The notes beneath the pieces were generated by a model that was not told where the DNA came from, made no database searches, and saw nothing but the letters and a program-made list of their open reading frames with translations. From Candidatus Auribacterota bacterium (GTDB taxonomy: Bacteria; Auribacterota; JAFGBW01; JAFGJP01), in contig JAGLFH010000036.1 of NCBI GenBank assembly GCA_023144635.1, forward strand, positions 2,645-66,644: 64,000 nt of DNA, in the 5' to 3' direction. A program made the position numbers and the translations under genes. Below are positions 56,694-64,000 of this stretch, piece by piece. How positions within the stretch are numbered: the first letter of the stretch is position 1; each line of letters starts with the position of its first letter.

Positions 56694-59600
56694 TTAAGAA
56701 ACATTAAAACTATTTCGAATAAACTCAATATCTTTCAGAAGTAAATCAGCTGCTCGCTCTGTTAGACCGTCACCTTTATCTCTGAGTATTTTATTTTCTA
56801 TTTGATCCAACATTCCATGATAAAAGCCCGGATTTTGTGTTTTGAAGCTATCAGCATTCAAGGCATGATTTTTAAGAAACATATACATATTTTTTTGTGT
56901 GATCTCATTCATACTGTATAACTGATCAACTGTCTGAGCAAAGCCTGATAGATCTGCTTTTAATGCATACTGTGCTGTTTTTGTTGTTTTATGGCCTGCA
57001 TTATCAATTGCCGTTACAGTTAAGGTATAAGTTCCAAGAGGCTGCCAGAATAAGTCAATTGTATAGCCGCTTTTGACTTCTTGATTATTATACAATGCCG
57101 TATAATTGCTAATTCCTGAGCCTGGTGAGGGATCAATTACTGAGTAAGACAAAGATGCTGTTTCCACTCTGGTGTAGGAAAACTGGCTGAATGATACTTC
57201 AACTTGAGGAGGAACCATATCAATTTTTAATTCTATGCTTCGAATTTGACTTTTATGATAAGAGTTATCCATTGCCCGATAAAAGATTGTAGATTCTCCA
57301 TTAATATCAAAAATAAAAGGTTCTTCATAAGTATTCCATACTGATTTATCCAGTGAATATTCAATCAGTTTGATTCCTGTCTGACTAAAATCTTCTGCTA
57401 TAAGTTCAATTTTAACAGGTGCTATCAACCAATCATTTTCACCATAGTTTGTTTCACTTAAATAATGGTGAACTTTAGGAGCTTCGGCTTCAATTCTTGT
57501 GCTTTCACCTGATTTCACAGTCACTTCTCCAACAACAATTTCTTCACTTTCCTTACCGTTTTTCACAACAATTGTCCCTGTTATATCGGGACCGTCTGTT
57601 TCAAAAACAGCTTCTTTACCGGCTCTTTTAACAGTAGCTTTAATACTTTGTCCTTTAATTAATTTCATATCACGAAATTCAATCCATTGTTCTTTATTTC
57701 CGGCTGCAAGAGTAATTGTTGCTAGGTTAGATTCCAAAGCTTCACTCGCAGTGTAGGTAATTGATGGAGTAGATTTTGTCTCATCCACTTTAATGCGGCA
57801 TGGAAACTCTCTTGATCCTTCACCAATGAGCTTTGCTCCAAAAGTTCCTGAATCCATACACCACTCAAATTCAGTTCCATCAGGAATATTTGCACGCAAG
57901 CGAAGGTCATATTTAAATGATCTGTTCTCACCCTCACCATAATAAAGATGAGCAACGGGCTCGTTTCCATCTGAATAATCACTCACTGGTATACCGGAAA
58001 AATCAGGTATTCTTAAATCAGGTTCTTCTTCAATTATGGTCTGATCAGGATTATCAGGATCAGCTTTATAGTATTGATTTCCATTTCCATCTTCAATTTG
58101 CGTTGCTTCTGCTGTATCACCAACAACTATAAACAATACTCCTGTAAGCAACTTCGATAAATATTCCATGGGAGATGGATTCTGCTTATTTACAAGATAA
58201 AAGGGTGTAGCTAACATTCTATAGCTGCCATCACTGTTCCCAAATTTATGTCCGTTAATACTATCATGAATAAAGGTATTATTAGCTTTATTGATAACTA
58301 CTTTATTCTTATTAGAATTCATATTGTTTCTATCAGAATTTTCGGGCTCACTGTTTACATAAGGAAGATTTGGATCAGCTATATAAATAACAAGCTCATC
58401 TCCATTCTCTTCCCATTTATAAGGCCTTAAAGCATGCCCACCTTTAATAATATTCGAGTCTATTATACTTAAAATGCAAGGTTCTCCTTTATCGTTCCAT
58501 TCTTTTGTCTTGTAAAACCAGTAAACAGCATCTCTGGTCCTGCCTGCAAAGAATGTTTCTATAAAATATGCTATAGAAGGCATTTGTAATTGATAACCTT
58601 GTTTAATAATTATTTCGTCTACCAAAGTCAGATGAACAGGATCACTCTGGTCAGGTCTGCTACCATCTTGCGTATCAAGCCAGTAACGATGAATGGGCTG
58701 AGATGCTAAAGATCGTCCAAGTTGAGCGTAGATTGATTCTAAACTCATCCCAAAACAACATCCGCCTTTTACCTTTGATTTGTATAGTATTTGATAAAAT
58801 AGATGATTAAAAGGATGAAAAATAGGTGAATCATCAAATTCTGCATCCGAAAAAGTAGCTGCATAATGGTTATAAGTTACGTTCTCTGCTGGAAAGTTGT
58901 TAAATGACCACCACATATTCTGCCGAAAAGCATCAATATTTCCACTCTCATAAGGAATAGGATTTTGCATGCTGTATGTGGCTCTAAAAACGCCATCTCT
59001 GCCTCTAACTTCTTTCACAGCATTTTCTAAAATTCCCCAAAGATTATCAATTGTGTATAAACGTTCAAGCTTACCCATATGATCATCCTTAGACGGCCAA
59101 TCCGCATCCCAGGCTTCCATTCTGACAGAAAGTTCAAAACCACCTGATAAACGTCCAATTGAAACAGTTTCATCTAAATTATGACTTCCATTACTCCAAT
59201 CACCACTGCTTGGACGTCTAAAATTGTTAACGTATCCTGTATTACTCGTTAATGCAATATTGACATAAAGATCGGCTGCACTTCCCCAGCCTCCACCGGC
59301 GCCTTCAAACCTTTGTATATAAAGATTGAGGTTTTGAAAAGCCCAAATATCGCCATTAGTTAGACGAACCAGAACTCCATTTTGAAAATCTACATAACGA
59401 ACTCCTGACGGCCTTGTAATTTCTGCACTAACAGGTAACCCTAGCCATCCCAACGCTCCATTATACTGATCAATGTAAGCGGATTGAATATCATTAGATA
59501 AATAATAAGTGTTATTGTTAGGGGGAAGGTAAATACTCCCATTTTCAAAATCCTGCACATATGCTTGATGAACATTACCTTTCTTTACATCCATCATTTC

Positions 59601-60284
59601 GGACATTGGCCATCCAATTTCGGAAGATCCGCCAAGACTATACCAGTATTCTCTTATAGGAGAAAAAACAGCGTTAAGTCCTAATGAAAAATGATAAATC
59701 AGATCTGCATTTTCAAATTTCTGAGAAAAAATTGCACCATTTTTGACTGAAGGTTCTATCGGTAAGCCTAATTCAGTTTGATGCGTGACATAATATGGAT
59801 AAAGTTCACCAAAAACAATTTCACCATTAAGTTCATCCGTATTAAAAATGACCATTCCTCTTTCAAATTTAGCATAATAAATGTTTCCATCTTGATTGTA
59901 CTCTTCAATGGGCTGGCCCAAATAGTTAATCATAGTTTGAGCAATCCTATTTAAAATTCTATTATCAAAATAATCCAGAGTTATCCAATAATCATAAAAA
60001 TCATTTGTGTGCAAAAAAGCTCCCCATGCCTCTGAGTAAAGAATTACACCGTTTTCAAATTTCTGTCTCTTTCCTCCGACGATAGAATCAGTTTCATTTT
60101 CAAGCGGCGCCCCCAAAACAGCCACTCCTCCAAGTTGAGTCCAAAGCTGGCCAATAGGAGCGCTTTGATCAACGATAAGACCGTCCCATTCAGGAAGACT
60201 TAAGCCATAAATGGAAGATAAAGGTAATAACAGAATGATAGTAAACATCAATAACATTAGACATTTCTTACTTTTTTTATTCAT
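56694..60284 (-). CDS. Large secreted surface protein: N-terminal LGFP-like repeats, a central Cys/His region that may be papain-like, and C-terminal Ig-like repeats
   Basis: Signal peptide. LGAPLENE...QKFENGVILYS, LGLPIEPS...QKFENADLIY and LGWLGLPVS...VDFQNGVLV repeats. GGCCFGMS followed about 100 aa later by GGHALRPY. Y.A.DNAGH-type Ig-like repeats. Confidence 0.6.
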   Translation of the reverse strand: MNKKSKKCLMLLMFTIILLLPLSSIYGLSLPEWDGLIVDQSAPIGQLWTQLGGVAVLGAPLENETDSIVGGKRQKFENGVILYSEAWGAFLHTNDFYDYWITLDYFDNRILNRIAQTMINYLGQPIEEYNQDGNIYYAKFERGMVIFNTDELNGEIVFGELYPYYVTHQTELGLPIEPSVKNGAIFSQKFENADLIYHFSLGLNAVFSPIREYWYSLGGSSEIGWPMSEMMDVKKGNVHQAYVQDFENGSIYLPPNNNTYYLSNDIQSAYIDQYNGALGWLGLPVSAEITRPSGVRYVDFQNGVLVRLTNGDIWAFQNLNLYIQRFEGAGGGWGSAADLYVNIALTSNTGYVNNFRRPSSGDWSNGSHNLDETVSIGRLSGGFELSVRMEAWDADWPSKDDHMGKLERLYTIDNLWGILENAVKEVRGRDGVFRATYSMQNPIPYESGNIDAFRQNMWWSFNNFPAENVTYNHYAATFSDAEFDDSPIFHPFNHLFYQILYKSKVKGGCCFGMSLESIYAQLGRSLASQPIHRYWLDTQDGSRPDQSDPVHLTLVDEIIIKQGYQLQMPSIAYFIETFFAGRTRDAVYWFYKTKEWNDKGEPCILSIIDSNIIKGGHALRPYKWEENGDELVIYIADPNLPYVNSEPENSDRNNMNSNKNKVVINKANNTFIHDSINGHKFGNSDGSYRMLATPFYLVNKQNPSPMEYLSKLLTGVLFIVVGDTAEATQIEDGNGNQYYKADPDNPDQTIIEEEPDLRIPDFSGIPVSDYSDGNEPVAHLYYGEGENRSFKYDLRLRANIPDGTEFEWCMDSGTFGAKLIGEGSREFPCRIKVDETKSTPSITYTASEALESNLATITLAAGNKEQWIEFRDMKLIKGQSIKATVKRAGKEAVFETDGPDITGTIVVKNGKESEEIVVGEVTVKSGESTRIEAEAPKVHHYLSETNYGENDWLIAPVKIELIAEDFSQTGIKLIEYSLDKSVWNTYEEPFIFDINGESTIFYRAMDNSYHKSQIRSIELKIDMVPPQVEVSFSQFSYTRVETASLSYSVIDPSPGSGISNYTALYNNQEVKSGYTIDLFWQPLGTYTLTVTAIDNAGHKTTKTAQYALKADLSGFAQTVDQLYSMNEITQKNMYMFLKNHALNADSFKTQNPGFYHGMLDQIENKILRDKGDGLTERAADLLLKDIEFIRNSFNVS

Positions 60285-60376
60285 TTCCCACCTCTTCGTT
60301 AAATTTTAAGACTAAATTCTTTATAATTTTCATAAAACCACACTTTTTTTTACAATTTAAAGTCCAAGCTTAAGAC

Positions 60377-60414
60377 ATGATACAGCAATATTACTAATTT
60401 GTCAAATGTGACAA
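60377..60414 (-). promoter_or_regulatory. Candidate sigma70 promoter for the 1196-aa gene, with a TGTCA-n4-TGACA palindrome over the -35
   Basis: On the minus strand: TTGACA (complement of 60400-60405), 17-nt spacer, TATCAT (complement of 60377-60382). The palindrome ttGTCAaatgTGACaa spans 60398-60414. Confidence 0.4.
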
Positions 60415-60484
60415 GAAAATGTTTTTACAAAAACTTTAAATTACTTGATTGCAAGCTATTGCAATTTATACTATTTTTTTAACG

Positions 60485-60507
60485 TTGACATAATTTAATT
60501 ATGTCAA
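60485..60507. promoter_or_regulatory. Perfect 10-bp-arm palindrome, operator-like
   Basis: TTGACATAAT tta ATTATGTCAA, located about 200 nt upstream of the 1196-aa gene start. Confidence 0.45.
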
Positions 60508-60783
60508 GTATTTTATAAAAAAACAATGAAAGAAAAGCAATGATTATATGAATTTCTGCTCCATTTTAAGATTCACTTATTACATAACTCTTTACACCGC
60601 TTACAGCAAATAACCTTTCCAGAAAGAAGAAGCGAAAAGCCAGGTAATAAGTCAAGATGTACTATCGTTTAAAAAATCGTGGTTCATGAACGGAACACTT
60701 CCGCCTTCGCCTCAGACTACGCACAAGACTTCGTCCATACAAGAAGGATTCGGCGAGACATATCATGCAATATTAATAAATTT

Positions 60784-60901
60784 AACCACTGAAAAAATAC
60801 GGATATGTATGGGGAAAGTAAAAAGATCAGTGAGTCTGACCGCATGAAAAAAGTGCCTAAAGTTAAAGGAACACTTGCTTATAAAATCGTTGTTCGTCGT
60901 T
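60784..60901. repeat. Modular intergenic repeat (A-module then B-module)
   Basis: aaccactgaaaaaatacggatatgtatggggaaagtaaaaagatcagtga...gtgcctaaagttaaaggaacacttgcttataaaatcgttgttcgtcgtt. Matches 56362-56525. Confidence 0.6.
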
Positions 60902-60941
60902 CTGCTTCTTCTGATCCTTTTAATCTGCGTTCATCTGCGTC

Positions 60942-61628
60942 CTATTTGTTTCTGTCTTCTGTTTTCTTATTTCCGTTTTCTGGCTTTTTATCATGTGAGC
61001 AAAACACGCATTCAGATTTATCTTTATCTTTTATAAATAGAAGAGGATAAGCAATATCGCTTATACAGCACGGCACCCATACAGCAATAAACAAAAACAG
61101 GAATATCATTATGTATATAAATGGATTCACTTCTTTACCAATAGCCATTATTATATGAAAAAGTGATGCCCACGTACTTATAAGAACGTGTCCTGTATGG
61201 GAAAACTTTGTAGAAGGCCTGAAATAGGCAATAGCAATTCCTGCAATTGCAAGCGGATTTATAAGCCACCATTTTTCAATAAAACCGATATGAACATGAC
61301 GGTGAGGAAGATCAAGCAGCACTTCCCCAAGATAAGGTATTAATGAATCACTAAGGGTTGCGATCCCTATTGAACCAGTATATCCGATTAAAAGCAATAT
61401 CCAGATATTACATTTTTTTCCATTCCCACCGCATTTGTGCACTTCATACATTGAAGTAGTCACAAGCGCACTTAAGACAACATGTATTGGATGTAAAACA
61501 TAAAAAATATTGCTTGCGGCTTCACGTGGAAGCTTCTGGAAAAAAAATATAATAAATATCCCGCTTATTGCCCCTAAAAAAGTAAAAGGAGCATGATGCT
61601 TAAGTTCATTAATTATTTTTTTCCACAT
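60942..61628 (-). CDS. Integral membrane protein with His-rich loops, function unknown
   Basis: Five to six predicted TM helices. HPIHVV and HRHVHIGF motifs. C-terminal CVFCSHD. Confidence 0.5.
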   Translation of the reverse strand: MWKKIINELKHHAPFTFLGAISGIFIIFFFQKLPREAASNIFYVLHPIHVVLSALVTTSMYEVHKCGGNGKKCNIWILLLIGYTGSIGIATLSDSLIPYLGEVLLDLPHRHVHIGFIEKWWLINPLAIAGIAIAYFRPSTKFSHTGHVLISTWASLFHIIMAIGKEVNPFIYIMIFLFLFIAVWVPCCISDIAYPLLFIKDKDKSECVFCSHDKKPENGNKKTEDRNK

Positions 61629-61970
61629 ACTTTCCCTTCCTAACTACTTACAATAAAGGCATTATCAACATATTTGCATTATATTCAATTATTGTTTTTT
61701 TTAAAGACTTAATTTCTTTTGTTTATACTTTTAAAAAACATCTTTATCCGGAAAATTAGCAATATATTTATTTTCTAAGTACTTAAAAAATAAATAATTA
61801 GTGCAAAAGAATAAGGGAAATCAATAAATTTCATTATTCTTTCTGTTTATTAGATAATGATTATTCTTAATTTATAGAACTCTTAGAGGAAGGGAATCTT
61901 GTTATTAAAAATATTTATTTTATTAAAAGAATTTTTCTATCTTTGTATTAATAATTTAAATTAAATAAAT

Positions 61971-62591
61971 TTAGGGAACTTCAATTAAATGGCTATGTTC
62001 TTCTAAAATATCTTTTTTACATTCAGGACAATATCCGTGAGTGAAACTCAAATCCATATACTTTTCAAAATATTCTTCGACTTCTTGCCAATATTCGTTA
62101 TCATTACGTATTTTCTTGCATTTAGAACAAATAGGCAAAACACTTTTCAACTCTATTAATTCACCGATATCTTCTAAAATCAACAAGGCAAACTTTTGTT
62201 TTTTATATTCAAAAGGAGATGTTGTGACTAATAAAAATATTTTTTTAATTTTATCTTTAAGGCGAAGCTCCATCTTTGTCTTTTCCCGAGTAACTCCGCT
62301 GCATTGAAAAGCTTTATTGACAGAGTTTCTTATTACGCAATCCTTACAAAATTCAGCCCTTCCACAACCTTGAAGAGATTCTGTAGAATGAATGCAATGG
62401 AGCAGATCGCCGCCGCGTCTTTTTATGATTGTCTCAGGAGGCGAAGAGAGCATGCGGGAAGCTGTTAAGTTGTACGCAAGGATCTTGACATCATCATCAA
62501 CTATAAAGACAGGTGATGGTATTGCATTGATGACGGTTTTAAATAATTCATCAAATTCTATATCATTATGTTGCAATATGTTTTCCCCCAA
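61971..62591 (-). CDS. PAS-domain protein with a Cys cluster in the PAS core and a C-terminal Cx2C...Cx2C zinc-ribbon-like motif
   Basis: PAS-like N-terminus. CIHSTESLQGCGRAEFCKDC (C-x9-C-x5-C-x2-C). C-terminal CSKCKK...CPECKK. Confidence 0.55.
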   Translation of the reverse strand: MGENILQHNDIEFDELFKTVINAIPSPVFIVDDDVKILAYNLTASRMLSSPPETIIKRRGGDLLHCIHSTESLQGCGRAEFCKDCVIRNSVNKAFQCSGVTREKTKMELRLKDKIKKIFLLVTTSPFEYKKQKFALLILEDIGELIELKSVLPICSKCKKIRNDNEYWQEVEEYFEKYMDLSFTHGYCPECKKDILEEHSHLIEVP

Positions 62592-62754
62592 TAAATTATA
62601 TTAACATAATGTAAAATTTTGTTCAAAGATTTTCATATTATTTTAAATATAAAATTTGCCAAAAGGGATGAACTGTTATATATAGCATAGAAACTGCAGA
62701 CTGAAAATAAATGTATTATTGTTTCAATAATCACAGCTATTTTTTTTATATTCA

Positions 62755-63093
62755 TTGCAGAAAAAAGTGTATAATAAAATACAAGGGATAGAAGTTTATT
62801 TGCCAATGAATCCAATCAAAACATATTTAAAAGTCAATTGCTGGGAATATAAAAAATGCGGATATGGCCCTAACGGCCATCAAAATTCCCGTACAATCTG
62901 TCCCGCAGCTTTAGTTGAAAAATATAATGGGATCAACAATGGAAATAATGCCGGCAGATACTGCTGGAAGGTGACAGGAGTACTATGCCATAAGAACGAT
63001 CTTCATTCATTGCCTGCAAAATTATCTTTTTGTCTTAATTGCGATTTTTTTAGGCTTGTCAGCAAACAGGAAGGAGATAATTTTGAAATATAA
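62755..63093 (+). CDS. Small Cys/Trp-rich protein with a paired CW motif (two-CW-like)
   Basis: NCWEYKKCGYGP...CPAAL...GRYCWKVTGVLC...CLNCDFF, with seven Cys and two C-W dyads. Confidence 0.45.
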   Translation: MQKKVYNKIQGIEVYLPMNPIKTYLKVNCWEYKKCGYGPNGHQNSRTICPAALVEKYNGINNGNNAGRYCWKVTGVLCHKNDLHSLPAKLSFCLNCDFFRLVSKQEGDNFEI

Positions 63094-63140
63094 TAAAAGA
63101 ACTTTATTTACAATTAAAAATGTTTAAATAGGATATTTAT

Positions 63141-64000
63141 TATGAAAAAAACATTAACGGTTTATTATTTTATTATTATTTCTTTGATCATAATAACAGT
63201 AGGATGCACAAAAAAACCTGATTCTCAAAAAAAGCCAATAAAAATAGCAATAAACAGTATCTGGCCAGGCTATGCGCATGTTTTTATTGCAAAAGAAAAT
63301 GGTTTTTTTGAAAAGAATAATGTCAGTGTTGTTTTAGTTCCCACAAAAGATGACATAGAATCGCGAACACTTTACCTACATGGTGAGGTGGATGGCCTTT
63401 TTAATGTATTTACAGACATTATTCAACTTAATTTAGAAGGGATTCTAACAAAAGTTGTTTATGTAGCTAACCATTCAGATACAGCCGATGTTATTGTTGG
63501 AAAAGGAGCATTTACATCTCTCTCTGATCTTAAAGGGAAAAACGTCAGTTTTGAAGGAGAAAACACCTTTTCGCATTTATTTGTTCTGCAAGCACTGAAA
63601 AAAGCAGGTGTGGAAGAATATGACATTCGTTTTTCTAATGTACGCGCGCAGGATGTTTTAGAGGCTCTTGAAAAAGGCAAGATCGATGCCGGCCATACAT
63701 GGGAACCTATTACCTCTCAAGCACTAAAAAAAGGATACAAAATACTTGGCAAAGCAGGTGATATTCCCGGTATCATTTCAGATATTCTGGCATTTAAATC
63801 AGAACTCATACAAAACAGGCCAGAGGATATTGAAAATATTGTTAAATCTATTCTTGAGGCTAGAGATTTTATCTATACTCATAGAGATAAAGCACTGACT
63901 ATTATGGCAAAAGCCGAAAAAATGTCTAAAGAAGAAATGGATCAGGGCATTCGCGGTGTTTATCAGCCGGACCTTAAAGGAAATCTTACAGCACTAAGAA
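63141..64000 (+). CDS. ABC-transporter substrate-binding lipoprotein (NMT1/SsuA/TauA-like), 3'-truncated by the window edge
   Basis: Open frame from ATG 63141 to the window end. Lipobox ITVGC. Alternating beta-alpha periplasmic-binding pattern. Absent from the ORF track because it has no stop. Confidence 0.5.

Noticed and set aside
62633-62815. 60-aa minus-strand ORF in the divergent intergenic region
   Set aside because: It is an AT-rich intergenic region. The ORF overlaps the start of the two-CW-like gene and has no motifs.

Overview
This is an AT-rich bacterial chromosomal window (roughly 30-33% GC by eye) with no sign of a CRISPR array, rRNA operon or prophage. I can support about 55 protein genes, two tRNAs behind a sigma70-like promoter, and a truncated GC-rich structured RNA at the window start that may be the 3' part of RNase P RNA. 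Housekeeping content is ordinary: tig-clpP-clpX, purA, ileS-traR-lspA-lgt, an RluD-like pseudouridine synthase, a split cobalamin-dependent methionine synthase, a pyruvate-kinase-like gene, and an alpha-glucan pair (malQ plus a GH57-family hydrolase). Signalling genes include a sigma-54 NtrC-type activator, a REC-PP2C phosphatase, and a large multi-PAS hybrid sensor kinase. There is a five-gene minor-pilin/adhesin operon (type IV pilus or pseudopilus) with ATGA start/stop coupling, followed by TPR and TonB-like genes. The most distinctive elements are these. (1) A CheY gene followed by a CheX-type phosphatase fused to four tandem MshEN-like c-di-GMP-binding motifs. (2) A tandem two-domain ThyX-like protein in which the catalytic motifs are split between the halves. 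(3) A PAS/DHp sensor that lacks an ATPase domain and overlaps the NtrC activator. (4) A COG1943-type HuH (IS200-like) protein with a DnaA-C-like HTH and a degenerate HuH motif. (5) At least three families of short mosaic palindromic intergenic repeats (REP/BIME-like), which fits the presence of that HuH protein. (6) A Cys-rich PAS protein next to a small two-CW-like Cys/Trp protein. (7) A higher-GC lipoprotein gene inserted between the two parts of the split metH.
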